Shown one piece after another: positions 38,454 through 47,985 of a stretch of 64,000 nucleotides of DNA. The stretch covers positions 192,001 through 256,000 of the forward strand of contig JAVJQW010000007.1 of assembly GCA_040218735.1 (NCBI GenBank). Reading direction: 5' to 3'. A model generated the notes under the pieces. It made no database searches. It was not told the origin of the DNA and saw only the letters and a list, made by a program, of their open reading frames with translations. The stretch's first letter is position 1; every line of letters begins with the position of its first letter. The DNA is from Deltaproteobacteria bacterium. Its GTDB lineage: Bacteria > Myxococcota > Kuafuiibacteriia > Kuafuiibacteriales > Kuafuiibacteriaceae. The position numbers and the translations under genes are program-made.

Positions 38454-39956
38454 ATGTCCAAGCTGAACCTAGACCGACGCAACTTCCTCCGCGGCATGGG
38501 TTACGTCGCCGCCGGTACGGCGCTCGGCCTCCCGGGGCGCGCGGGGGCCCAAGCGCGCCCCGAGGACGCACGTTTCCTCGTCGTGCTCACCGCGAGCGGT
38601 GGCGCCTCGCTGATCGACAGCTTCCTCGCGATCCGCGCGTCGGAGTCGTCGAACGCTTCGACGATCAACACGTACGAGGACAGTCGCGTGCAGTCGATTG
38701 CGGACTCGCCGTTCAGGGCGATCGACTCGCAGGGGAGTGACCTCGGTGCGCTCCCCGCGCCCTACACCGCTAACCAGTCGGACTTCGTGCGCAAACACAA
38801 GGACGACATGATGGTCGTGACGTGCACGGGCACCAGCGTGAACCACGCGGTTGCGCAGAAGCGCGCGATCACCGGCAACGAAGCGTGGGCCGGGCGGACG
38901 CTGCAGGAAGTGAACGCGATGCAGTACGGCGAGTCGTTCCTGCTGCCGAACGTCGTGATGGCGACGGGCACCGCGTACATCGATCCGGGCACCGACGGTT
39001 CGCTCCCGTCGTACTGCTCCGGCGAGCCGGTCGCGCAGCCCGCGCTGTGGCCGCTGTCGTTGCACGGGACGCGCGGGGTGAAGGGCCCCAACGCGGACTT
39101 CGTGAAGATGGCGCGGCGGGTTCGCGACGAGCAGCTCGACCCGCGCTCGAAGTTCGCGCGGGTGTTCGACAAGAGCCCGGCGCTCTCGCGTTGGCGTCAG
39201 CAGCGCCTGGCGACGCAGGGCCTCGAGACCAGCGACCTGATCACGAAGTTGATGCTGTTCGAGGACTCGGAGCGCTACCCGCTCTCGGCGCACGGCCTGA
39301 TGGAGTCGTCGAGCGGGCGCCTCGTCCGGGAGCGGTTCCCGAACTTCGATCAGGATCCGCTGGAGGCGCAGGCGGCGCTCGCGTTCCTTCTCCTGAAGAA
39401 TCGCGTGAGTGTCAGCGTCACGCTCGGCACCAGCTTCAACGCGGTCCTCGCGGACGGCGCTTCCCTCGGGGGCGGCGGGCTGCAGGAAGGTGACTTGATC
39501 AACCCGCCGATCGGGTTCGACTTCTCACACCAGGCGCACCGCGCCACGCAGGCGATGATGTGGAGCCGCGTCCTCGCTGCGGCCGACGGGTTGATCGAGC
39601 TGCTGAAGGCCGAGGAATTCGCGGACGGCCAGAGCTTCTGGGACCGCACGTTGCTCTACGTCGCGACGGACTTCGGCCGCGACAAGGTGCGGCCCTCGGG
39701 CTCGGAGGACTTCGGCACGTCGCACCACCTCAACAACGGCTTCTTGCTCGTGTCGCCGCTGGTGAACGGCAACACCGTGCTCGGCGGCGTCGACCCCGAC
39801 ACCGGGCTCACGTACGGCTTCGACCCCGTGACCGGCGCACCCGCGCCCGGGAGCGAGATGGCGGAGGCGCAGATCTACGCCGGTATCGCGGGCGCGCTCG
39901 GCGTCGATACCACCGGCTCCGGCCTACCGAACGTCCCCGCCATGTCGCGGGGGTGA
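38454..39956 (+). CDS. Tat-exported DUF1501-like protein
   Basis: Start ATG 38454. Twin-arginine DRRNFL, GGASLID, FDFSH, TDFGR, SHHLNNG, GNTVLGG. Confidence 0.78.
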   Translation: MSKLNLDRRNFLRGMGYVAAGTALGLPGRAGAQARPEDARFLVVLTASGGASLIDSFLAIRASESSNASTINTYEDSRVQSIADSPFRAIDSQGSDLGALPAPYTANQSDFVRKHKDDMMVVTCTGTSVNHAVAQKRAITGNEAWAGRTLQEVNAMQYGESFLLPNVVMATGTAYIDPGTDGSLPSYCSGEPVAQPALWPLSLHGTRGVKGPNADFVKMARRVRDEQLDPRSKFARVFDKSPALSRWRQQRLATQGLETSDLITKLMLFEDSERYPLSAHGLMESSSGRLVRERFPNFDQDPLEAQAALAFLLLKNRVSVSVTLGTSFNAVLADGASLGGGGLQEGDLINPPIGFDFSHQAHRATQAMMWSRVLAAADGLIELLKAEEFADGQSFWDRTLLYVATDFGRDKVRPSGSEDFGTSHHLNNGFLLVSPLVNGNTVLGGVDPDTGLTYGFDPVTGAPAPGSEMAEAQIYAGIAGALGVDTTGSGLPNVPAMSRG

Positions 39957-39957
39957 C

Positions 39958-42900
39958 CTACTCGCGAATCACCAGGCGGTGGAACTGCGACGTGTTCGGC
40001 TCGCGGTAGATGAACGTGGTCCCGATGGGGAGCACGGTGGCGCTCCGTTCGTCGATCGCCGGGAGCCCGGTGCGCGCGATGCGTTCGCGTTCGAGGTCCA
40101 CGAGCGTCGCGCCGCCGGCGGCCTGTCGGAGCACCCAGCGGGTGTTGAGCGACGGGACCCCGAACTCGGGGAGGGACGGGCTTCCGATGGCGCGGGTCGG
40201 GCCGCTCACGATGGGGATCGCCGTGACGGCGGAGAGCCCGACGCCTCCGCACAGGTTGTAGACGTGCGACGGCCGCCCGAGGAAGCTCAACAGCTGTCCC
40301 GGGACCGCGCCGCACGGGGTCGCATCGTTGAGCGTCCCGAACGGCGAGACATACGTGCCGTCCGGGATGGCGTCGTTGCCGACGTTCATCTTGGCGATGC
40401 CGCCCGGTGCGCCCTGCGAACGGGCGTTGATGACGAGGTTGGCGCCCTCGAACGCCACGCCGCCCGTGAACAGACGCTGGCTCTGCGGGCCGAGGACTTC
40501 GCAAGTCGCGTTGTCGAAGTCGACCCGGAGGATCCCGGCCGACGCGCCCATGAGATCCGCCGCCGACGGGTTCACCGAATAGAGGTAGCGGCCGTCGAGG
40601 CTCATCGTCGGGATCTCGTTGGGGATGCTGCGAGCCGCGGTGCACGTCCCGCGCACCGTGAGCGTCGGGAGACTCACCAAGAAGATCGTCTGGTCCGTCG
40701 CGTTGAGCGCTGGCCCGAACACCAACGCGCCGCGCGAGGTGCGTGACCCGACGATGCCCTCGGCGGTCCCGAGGCTGAGGGGCTGCGTCGACATCATCGT
40801 CAGGTTCGGATCGAGCTGCACGATCTCCGTGTTCGTGAGCGCGATGACACTGCCGGTGTCGAGGTTCGCGATGCCGGGGAGGTAGCTCCCCGTCGCGGCG
40901 AACGTGTTCGAATTCAGCTCCAGCACCGCGAGGCGCTCCAAGGAGACGTAGTCCGGCGTCGCGTCCGAGAACCCGAGCGTCACCGGGCCCGGATCGATCC
41001 CGGCGGGGACCACGACGGTGACGAGACCGTTCGCCGCTGACGTCGGCGCTGCGTTCGCGCCGCCCGTGAACGTGACCTCGTCGACCGCGCCCAGGTTCAC
41101 GCCCGCGATGGTCACGGTGTCGCCGGCCATCGCCGGGTTCGGCGTGAAGTCGATGACCGCCGGTTGGCCGTTTTCGATGCGGAGCGGGAACGGTGACTCG
41201 GCGTCGCCGGCGGGGTGCAGCACGGTGACGCGTCCGGTGCTGGCGCCGGTGAGGGGGACCATCACGGACAGCGCGGTGTCGCTCTGCTCGATCGGTGTGA
41301 CCGGCCCGGCCGAACCGAAGAACTGCACCGTCGGCGTCGCCTGCCCGGCGCGCACCGAGAACCCGCGACCGAGGATCGTCGTCACCTCGCCGGGGGGCAC
41401 CGGGTCGAGCGTGAAGCCGACGATCTGCGGCCCCTGGAGGATGCCCAGCTCGGTGACGCTCGTGCCGGTTCCGTTCGCGGTGGTGATGCTGATGAGTCCG
41501 GTCGATGCGGCGGGCGTGGGGCGGAAACAGATCACCTCCAGGCCGCGGCCCGCGGCGATCGAGTCGATCTGGGATGGGCAGCTCGCATCGACGTTGGCCG
41601 CGACGTCACCCACCGCGACCTGGGCGTTGGCGCCGAAGTCCTCGCCGTAGACCGCGACGAGATCGTCCGGGAGCACGGCACGCGGCGCGAAGTCCACGAT
41701 CGTGGGCGGCGCGAGGAACGTGAAGGACTCGTCGCTCATGGCGGGGTCTCGGAGCCCGGAGTAGATCAGGAGCCGCCCGGAGCTCGCGCGTGCGGGGACA
41801 CGCACTCGGATCTCGGTGTTCGTCGCTCCGAGCGCCACCGCCGGGCTGCCGCCGAAGACGACGAGGTTGACGCGCGGATCGGGCTCGAAGTCTCGCCCGG
41901 TGATCGTGATGGTCGCCCCGACGGTCCCTTCCAGCGGCGTGAACCCGCTCACCGTAGGCGCGGCCGTCGACGTCATCGCGACGTTCTCACACGCGTCGCC
42001 GACGCCGTTGCCGTTGCTGTCGAGTTGGTCGTTCGCGATCGACGGGCAGTTGTCGTCGCCGTCGTTCACGCCGTCGCCGTCCGAGTCGGGGTCGAGCGGG
42101 TCCGTGAGTGCGTTGTCGGCGCCGAGGCTCAGCTCCTCGGCGTCCGAGACGCCGTCGCCGTCGCGGTCGGGATCGAGCTCGTCGGGGATGCCGTCGTCGT
42201 CCGTGTCGAGGCAGTACGCCGGGTCGTCCGGGTAGTCGTCGGTGCCGTCGCCGTCGATGCAGCCGTCGCCGTCGCGGTCCGGGTCCATGGCGTTCGGGAT
42301 GCCGTCGCCGTCGAGGTCGTCGGGGTCGAAGCGGATCAGGTAGCCGTCGAGCAGCCCGATCACCACGTCGGGGAGGACCGCGACGCCGGGGACGTCGGCG
42401 GTGCCGTAACCTTCCGCCTCGAAGCGCACGCGGTACGCGCCGACGGCGAGGCCGCTGACCGTGTAGTTGCCGGTCGCGTCGGTGGTCGCCGAGCCGGCCT
42501 CTTCGCCGGTGGTCTCATCGAGCCAGCGCACGGTGATGCCGGCGTGGTTGGGGGCCATCAGCCGGACCTGGTCCGCCTTGCGCGCGCGGCCGGTGACGTC
42601 CTGCGCGGGGGTCGGTCCGGCCTGCAGGACGATCGGGCGCACCGTCGTCTCGGTGCCCGGCGTGATCGAGACGCCCGAAACCACCGCCGGGACGTACCCG
42701 GGTAGGAAGGCGACGACGTCGACGGTGCCCTGCGGGAGGCGCGTGACGAGGAACGTGCCGTCGGTCTGCGCCACGGCCTTGAACGAGGTCTGCGCGAGCA
42801 CGACGGAGGCGCCGCTCGCGGGTCGAGGGGTGCCGCTGGCCTCTTCGATCGTGCTGACCCGGCCGACGAGCGCGCCGTCGCCGAGGAGGCGAACGTCGCC

Positions 42901-43242
42901 GAGCCCGACGTCTTGTCCGGGTGCGAGGATGCGGATCGGATCGAGCACCCGTCCGAGCTCGGGCTCGCCGATGCGGCCGCGCTTCTTGAATTCGATCTTC
43001 ACCTTGTCGAGCGGGAGCCGCGCGAGTTGGAAGCGACCTTCGTTGTTGGACGCGACGGAGGCGGAGGTGCCGAGCGCGCGCACCTGGACGTTGACGCTGC
43101 CGACGAGGTCTTCGGAGACGAGGTCGCGTTCGACGACGCGACCCGACACGAAGCCTCCCTCACCCGGGCCAGGGATCGAGTCGACGCTGCGGATGCAGCC
43201 GGTGGAGCCGAGGATCAGGAACGCCGCGCACCAACCTCGCAT
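39958..43242 (-). CDS. Large surface lipoprotein: carboxypeptidase-regulatory-like domains, TSP3-like Ca-binding repeats, IPT/TIG domains
   Basis: Lipobox STGC; DLDGDG/DRDGDG/DNCP repeats; four IPT-like units (FTP..G..GATITITG). Confidence 0.82.
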   Translation of the reverse strand: MRGWCAAFLILGSTGCIRSVDSIPGPGEGGFVSGRVVERDLVSEDLVGSVNVQVRALGTSASVASNNEGRFQLARLPLDKVKIEFKKRGRIGEPELGRVLDPIRILAPGQDVGLGDVRLLGDGALVGRVSTIEEASGTPRPASGASVVLAQTSFKAVAQTDGTFLVTRLPQGTVDVVAFLPGYVPAVVSGVSITPGTETTVRPIVLQAGPTPAQDVTGRARKADQVRLMAPNHAGITVRWLDETTGEEAGSATTDATGNYTVSGLAVGAYRVRFEAEGYGTADVPGVAVLPDVVIGLLDGYLIRFDPDDLDGDGIPNAMDPDRDGDGCIDGDGTDDYPDDPAYCLDTDDDGIPDELDPDRDGDGVSDAEELSLGADNALTDPLDPDSDGDGVNDGDDNCPSIANDQLDSNGNGVGDACENVAMTSTAAPTVSGFTPLEGTVGATITITGRDFEPDPRVNLVVFGGSPAVALGATNTEIRVRVPARASSGRLLIYSGLRDPAMSDESFTFLAPPTIVDFAPRAVLPDDLVAVYGEDFGANAQVAVGDVAANVDASCPSQIDSIAAGRGLEVICFRPTPAASTGLISITTANGTGTSVTELGILQGPQIVGFTLDPVPPGEVTTILGRGFSVRAGQATPTVQFFGSAGPVTPIEQSDTALSVMVPLTGASTGRVTVLHPAGDAESPFPLRIENGQPAVIDFTPNPAMAGDTVTIAGVNLGAVDEVTFTGGANAAPTSAANGLVTVVVPAGIDPGPVTLGFSDATPDYVSLERLAVLELNSNTFAATGSYLPGIANLDTGSVIALTNTEIVQLDPNLTMMSTQPLSLGTAEGIVGSRTSRGALVFGPALNATDQTIFLVSLPTLTVRGTCTAARSIPNEIPTMSLDGRYLYSVNPSAADLMGASAGILRVDFDNATCEVLGPQSQRLFTGGVAFEGANLVINARSQGAPGGIAKMNVGNDAIPDGTYVSPFGTLNDATPCGAVPGQLLSFLGRPSHVYNLCGGVGLSAVTAIPIVSGPTRAIGSPSLPEFGVPSLNTRWVLRQAAGGATLVDLERERIARTGLPAIDERSATVLPIGTTFIYREPNTSQFHRLVIRE

Positions 43243-43287
43243 ACGCGCGAAGAGTGCCACGGAAGACGAAGTGCTCGCCACAAAGCG

Positions 43288-43896
43288 TCAGGGGCGACGC
43301 ATGACGAACTCGATCTCTTCGAATCCGCCGACGTAGTAACACCACAGCCGCGAGCACACGAGCGGAGAGAGGTTCGCCGCGCGGTCGATCACCGCGCCCG
43401 CGAAGCGGCCGACGTCGTAGAGCGGTCGCGGCAGCACGGTCTTCTTGAGGTAGGGCTGTGCGAACCAGCGCAGCCGGACGCTCTCGCAGATGAAGTGCGT
43501 GCCGGTGAAGCCGCCGGGGAACGCGGGGTCGAAGTAGTACGGGAACGTCGCGTCGAAGCCGCGTTTGTGCTCGGGGTGTGAGAAGCCCCGCGAGAAGTGC
43601 GGGACGCGGAGCACGAGGGTCCCGCCCGGCGCGAGGAGCCGGTGGATTTCGGCCATCACTTCGAAGACCTGCGGGAGGTGCTCGAGGACGTGGTCCGCCT
43701 CGATGCGTTCGAACGTGCTGTCCTCGAACGGGTAGGGCAGCGCGGTGAGGTCGTGGATGACGTCGACGCCCGGCGCGGCGGCCCAGTCGACGTTGACGAA
43801 GCCTTCCTTCGGGAACCGGCCGCAGCCGAGGTTCAGCTGCCGGGGCGTCGGCGGGTTGCGGATCGCGTGCACGTTGTTGGCCTGACCCGTCGACAT
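43288..43896 (-). CDS. Class I SAM-dependent methyltransferase (type 11-like)
   Basis: LNLGCG, PFEDSTF, HVLEHL, EIHRLLAPGG. Confidence 0.88.
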   Translation of the reverse strand: MSTGQANNVHAIRNPPTPRQLNLGCGRFPKEGFVNVDWAAAPGVDVIHDLTALPYPFEDSTFERIEADHVLEHLPQVFEVMAEIHRLLAPGGTLVLRVPHFSRGFSHPEHKRGFDATFPYYFDPAFPGGFTGTHFICESVRLRWFAQPYLKKTVLPRPLYDVGRFAGAVIDRAANLSPLVCSRLWCYYVGGFEEIEFVMRRP

Positions 43897-43958
43897 GACG
43901 TCGTGGACGTATCAGGCGGGGCGCGGGGGCTCAACTGTCGAGACGCGCGCCGCTCGAA

Positions 43959-44726
43959 TCAGAGCATCTCGCGGCGCGAGAGGACCGCCGCCGAGATGGC
44001 GACGAGCACGACGACCCACAAGACCCCGTAGACACCCGCGGCGACGAGGTCCGTGCGGGGGATGGCGAGGTCGTAAATGGCGGCGTCGCGGAAGTTGAAG
44101 CGACTGAACGCCGGGAGCACCAACGCGACGACCTTGGCGCCGGACTGGACGATCGGCTCGGCCTTGGCCGTGAGGCGCACGAGGTCGTCGGCGCTCGCCG
44201 CCGCCAGCCAGAAGCCGAGGCCGAGGCCCGCCGAGAGCGTAGGCGTGGAGAACGTGGACAGCAGCATCCCGAACGCGCCGAGCACACACGCCTCGGGAAC
44301 GATGGCGAGCAGCGCAACGATGTCCTGGCTCCGCAGCTCGCCCTTCTTCTGCGAGAGCAGCACGAGGACGAACACCAAGACGAACCCCGCGAGCGCGAGA
44401 CACAGCGCGGCGACCAAGCCGAGGTAGCGACCGATCACGTACTCCGTTCGACTCACGGGACGCGTGAGCACGATGAACAGCGTCTTGCGATCGATCTCCG
44501 AGTGCACGAGCGCGACCGAGACGAGCAGCGCGATGAGGTCCACGGCGATCGCCGTCCCGGAGAGCCCGATGCTGCGCACGACGCGCGCCGGCTCGCCGAA
44601 GGTGATGTTCGCCATGACCATCGACAGGAGCACCATGCCCACGCCGAAGATGCCGATGTTGAAGTAGAGCCGCTGCCGGATCGTCTGCCGCAGCGTGTTG
44701 GTGGCGATGGCGAGGATGGCGTTCAT
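43959..44726 (-). CDS. pilI: ABC-2 type permease, PilI-like
   Basis: Start ATG 44726 overlapping the ATPase stop. EIDRKTLFIVLTRPVSR, about 6 TMs; synteny with Myxococcus pilA-pilGHI. Confidence 0.72.
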   Translation of the reverse strand: MNAILAIATNTLRQTIRQRLYFNIGIFGVGMVLLSMVMANITFGEPARVVRSIGLSGTAIAVDLIALLVSVALVHSEIDRKTLFIVLTRPVSRTEYVIGRYLGLVAALCLALAGFVLVFVLVLLSQKKGELRSQDIVALLAIVPEACVLGAFGMLLSTFSTPTLSAGLGLGFWLAAASADDLVRLTAKAEPIVQSGAKVVALVLPAFSRFNFRDAAIYDLAIPRTDLVAAGVYGVLWVVVLVAISAAVLSRREML

Positions 44727-45676
44727 GCCGCCGTGCCTCCTTCGTTCTTCTTCTCGAGCGAACGCACGAAGATCGTCTCGAGGTCGTCGCGGTGGGGCTC
44801 GAACCGCCGCAGGGTTGCGCCGGCCGCGGTGGCCTTCGCGAGGAAGGCTGTCGCTTCGTCGTGGGACGAGAGGTCGATGCGGTGGGCGCCCTCGAACGCC
44901 GCGAGCGTCGGGAAGTCGGTCGAGAGTTGCTTGGCGTTGTCCTCGGAGAGGCCGTCCACGACCACCACGACCCCGCGCGTCGTCTCGTCGAGGATCTCGC
45001 TGAGCCGCCCGGTGCGGATGGTGACCCCTTTGTTGATGATCGAGACGCGGTCCGCGGTCATCTCGACGTCCGGCAGGATGTGCGTCGAGTAGAAGATCGT
45101 CTTGCCTTCGTTCCTCAGCTCGAGGAGCAGCTCGCGGATCTCCTTGCGGCCGATCGGGTCGAGGCCGGTCATCGGTTCGTCGAGGATGAGGAGGTCGGGG
45201 TCCGCGACGAGCGACTGCGCGAGCCCGGCGCGTTGGAGCATGCCCTTCGAGTAGCCACGGAGGCGGCGCTTCATCGCGTGCGCGAGGCCGACCCGGTCGA
45301 GGAGCTGCTCGGCGCGCGCCGTGGCGTCCGACTTCGACATGCCCGACAGGCGGCCGAACCAGGTCACCATCTCCAGCCCCGTGAGGTAGTCGTAGAAGGT
45401 CGGGTGCTCCGGCATGTAGCCGACGCGTTTCTTCCACGCGCTCCCCTGCGGTGACTCACCCCAGATGTGAATCTCCCCGCCGGACGGACGGACCAGCCCG
45501 AGCAGCGCCTTGATGGTGGTCGTCTTGCCGGCGCCGTTGGGGCCGAGGAAGCCGAAGATCTCACCGAGGTTCACCTCGAAGTCGATCTTCTTGGCGGCCT
45601 CACTCACCTTGCGGCTCAGCCCGACGTGAAAGGTCTTCCGAAAGTCATGGACGGCGATCGGAGGTGCCTTGGGCAT
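44723..45676 (-). CDS. pilH: ABC ATP-binding protein, PilH-like
   Basis: GPNGAGKTT, YSKGMLQR, ILDEPMTGLDP; downstream of the pilins. Confidence 0.78.
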   Translation of the reverse strand: MPKAPPIAVHDFRKTFHVGLSRKVSEAAKKIDFEVNLGEIFGFLGPNGAGKTTTIKALLGLVRPSGGEIHIWGESPQGSAWKKRVGYMPEHPTFYDYLTGLEMVTWFGRLSGMSKSDATARAEQLLDRVGLAHAMKRRLRGYSKGMLQRAGLAQSLVADPDLLILDEPMTGLDPIGRKEIRELLLELRNEGKTIFYSTHILPDVEMTADRVSIINKGVTIRTGRLSEILDETTRGVVVVVDGLSEDNAKQLSTDFPTLAAFEGAHRIDLSSHDEATAFLAKATAAGATLRRFEPHRDDLETIFVRSLEKKNEGGTAA

Positions 45677-46688
45677 CGTTGAACCTCTTCTTTGCGATCT
45701 CTCTCATCATTCCAACGCGCTCGGCGGCTTCGGCCTCGCGCTTGAAGACCAACTCGGACCGACTCACGCACTTCCCCTCGTCGAACTCCATCGGTGAGTC
45801 CAAAAGGTCGATGGGGGGCTCGTCGATGTACCCCTTCTCCTGAAGCTCACCGGGGGTGGCCGGGTGACGGCCCTGCTCCGCGACGAACTTCTCGCAGGCC
45901 TCGTCGTAGCGGCGGAACCGGTACTCGCTGCGCATGACGTCGAGGCGGATCTTGGCGTCCGACTGCTGGTTCGGCGGGAGCAGCGGGATCATCTCCACCA
46001 ACATCTGCTCGGCGCTGGTCTCGTTGCCCGCGTGGAAGAGCGCGCGTGAGGCGAGCGCCGCCGTGTACTTCGGCGCGCCCGGGATCAGCGACGCCTCCTT
46101 CCAGAACTTGGCCGCGCGGACGGCGTCGCCGTGGCCGAAGTAGGCGTTGTAGGCGATCAGGAACGGGAACCGCGCCACGTCGGGGAGCGCCTTGCGGCCG
46201 CGCAGGAGGACGCGGTCGGAGGCTTTGAAGTCGAAGAGCTCGGAGGACAGCAGGAGCGCCGCCGCCCAGTAGATCAACTCGTAACGAGGATCGAGATCGG
46301 TGGCGACGTACGTGTTCTGCTCCACACGCACCGGATCGGCGTCGAAGGTGCGCATGATGTCGCCGAGCATGCCGAGCCAGATGACGTCGGCGACGCCGTT
46401 GCCGTGCTCGACGGACAGCAAGTCCAGCGCGACCGGCCCCGGGGACTCGATGACCGAGGTCTCCAGCTGACCCTTCGTCTGTTGGGCGTAGGCGCGTTCG
46501 AGGACGGTGTTGCGGAGGCCGATCGTGCCCGCGAAGGCGACGACCGCGATGACGAGGGGGGCGAGTACGTCGCTCAGTAGAGCGCCGCCGACACCCGAAT
46601 CAGTTCGAACGTGATCGTGCACGGTGTTCCCGTCAGCGGACTCACGAGCCCGCTTCCCGTCAAAGCATGATCTGTACAGAAGAGCCAC
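45645..46688 (-). CDS. PilG/XapA-like TPR-containing pilus accessory protein (true start probably near 46577-46623)
   Basis: N-terminal [34 protein letters not shown]; occupies the pilG position. Confidence 0.65.
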   Translation of the reverse strand: MALLYRSCFDGKRARESADGNTVHDHVRTDSGVGGALLSDVLAPLVIAVVAFAGTIGLRNTVLERAYAQQTKGQLETSVIESPGPVALDLLSVEHGNGVADVIWLGMLGDIMRTFDADPVRVEQNTYVATDLDPRYELIYWAAALLLSSELFDFKASDRVLLRGRKALPDVARFPFLIAYNAYFGHGDAVRAAKFWKEASLIPGAPKYTAALASRALFHAGNETSAEQMLVEMIPLLPPNQQSDAKIRLDVMRSEYRFRRYDEACEKFVAEQGRHPATPGELQEKGYIDEPPIDLLDSPMEFDEGKCVSRSELVFKREAEAAERVGMMREIAKKRFNDAQGTSDRRP

Positions 46689-47134
46689 TCCGAGGGCTGA
46701 CCGTCACCATCGAGATCACCGACGGCGGAGCACGTGAAGTCGCTCACCTGACCTCCGCCCGCGACGCGGGCGGTACATTGATAAGAATGGTAGACCTGGA
46801 GGTACGCCGGTATGAGCTCGAATCCCTCCATGGTGATCGCAACGCCGCACGGGATGAACGGATTCGCCGGCGGGTTGCGCGTCCACTGACGACGCTGGGT
46901 CGATGGGACGCCGAGTGGCATCTGCTCCGTCGAAGCGAAGCAGTCGTGCCGCGCCCAGAACGCCATCTCCTGAGACCGCGCCATCCCCGTGATGAGCAGC
47001 GCCTCGGTTTGACGGGCGCGGATCTGGTAGCGCAGGTAGCTGGGGACCGCGATGGCGGCGAGGATGCCCAAGATTGCGACCGTGATCATCAGCTCGATGA
47101 GCGTGAAACCGCGTCGATTCATCTTCGGGCCCAT
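46574..47134 (-). CDS. Second type IV pilin
   Basis: Class III signal RRG|[22 protein letters not shown]; GDLDGDG; 6 Cys. Alternative start 47122. Confidence 0.9.
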   Translation of the reverse strand: MGPKMNRRGFTLIELMITVAILGILAAIAVPSYLRYQIRARQTEALLITGMARSQEMAFWARHDCFASTEQMPLGVPSTQRRQWTRNPPANPFIPCGVAITMEGFELIPAYLQVYHSYQCTARVAGGGQVSDFTCSAVGDLDGDGQPSEWLFCTDHALTGSGLVSPLTGTPCTITFELIRVSAALY

Positions 47135-47154
47135 GATTGATGATTCTAGAACTT

Positions 47155-47194
47155 AAATGACAAACGCGCGAGCCCCCGGGGGAGGCTCGCGCGC
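47155..47194 (-). terminator. Intrinsic terminator/attenuator after pilA
   Basis: 10-bp perfect inverted repeat cgcgcgagcc/ggctcgcgcg (47165-47193), followed on the - strand by TTTGTCATTT. Confidence 0.8.
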
Positions 47195-47214
47195 CGTCAG
47201 GTCGATACAGTGTC

Positions 47215-47814
47215 TTAGAAGATGCCCTGCTCGCAGGCGAAGATTTCACCGTCGAGCATACCGCCGTTGCAGTTCTGGCCGTTGTGCGCCGCGCAGTTCA
47301 CCACACCAGCGGTGATACCGACGCCGTTGATGCTCTGGAACTCGTAGCCGGCGTTGATGCCGTCACCGTCGAGGTCCGCCGCAGCGCCCACGCAGAACTC
47401 CGGCTCCGTGCCGGCCGCGCCGAGCTGCGACAGCGTCTCGTACTGGAAGTAGACCGCGCCGTCCGCCTTGAAGCCGATGCAGTCGTACTGGCTGCAGTTG
47501 CCGACGGTGCGACGGTTGCAGTTGCTCGCGCAGGCCGTGTCCGACCAGGCCTGCTTCGCCGGCGTCGGCGCGCCGGGCGGGTTGAGGACCGCGCCGCCGC
47601 TCATGGCGTAGTTGTCCTCGGTCGCGCGGAAGCTCTCCTGCGACGTCTTGATCGAGCGGACGTTGGTCCGGCCTTCGGACTGCTTCGAGCGCATCTGGTA
47701 GCGGATGAAGTTCGGGATGGCGATCGCCGCCAGGATCCCGATGATCGCGACGACGATCATGAGCTCGATGAGCGTAAAGCCCTTGTCCTTCCGGTTTTGG
47801 AGAAGCTTCTTCAT
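47215..47814 (-). CDS. pilA: Major type IVa pilin PilA
   Basis: Start ATG 47814. KG|[35 protein letters not shown] is close to the Myxococcus PilA N-terminus; own promoter and terminator. Confidence 0.92.
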   Translation of the reverse strand: MKKLLQNRKDKGFTLIELMIVVAIIGILAAIAIPNFIRYQMRSKQSEGRTNVRSIKTSQESFRATEDNYAMSGGAVLNPPGAPTPAKQAWSDTACASNCNRRTVGNCSQYDCIGFKADGAVYFQYETLSQLGAAGTEPEFCVGAAADLDGDGINAGYEFQSINGVGITAGVVNCAAHNGQNCNGGMLDGEIFACEQGIF

Positions 47815-47887
47815 TTGGTTCTTCGTTCCCTTCCCCGCGGCATCTTGGGCCAGCGGGATTGCGTGAGAGTGATGTCCATCGCAATGA

Positions 47888-47902
47888 GCATCCTCCGTGC
47901 CA
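47888..47902 (-). promoter_or_regulatory. Sigma54 promoter of pilA
   Basis: TGGCAC-GGAGG-ATGC with exact GG-N10-GC spacing; pilA is sigma54/PilR-dependent in Myxococcus and Pseudomonas. Confidence 0.78.
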
Positions 47903-47985
47903 AGTCGAGAGGTGTCCTTTGGCACCTCCCAGGGTGACAAAGATCGTCACTCGGGGCTGACGATTCTCGGTACCGGTGCCCGAAA

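Noticed and set aside
43245-43259. TGGCAC-N5-GCGC on the - strand before the large lipoprotein gene
   Set aside because: Only 2 nt from the ATG, so transcription would start inside the CDS.
47215-47814. Geobacter-type short conductive e-pilin
   Set aside because: Full-length pilin with a Cys-rich globular head; the second gene has its own class III signal, unlike PilA-C.
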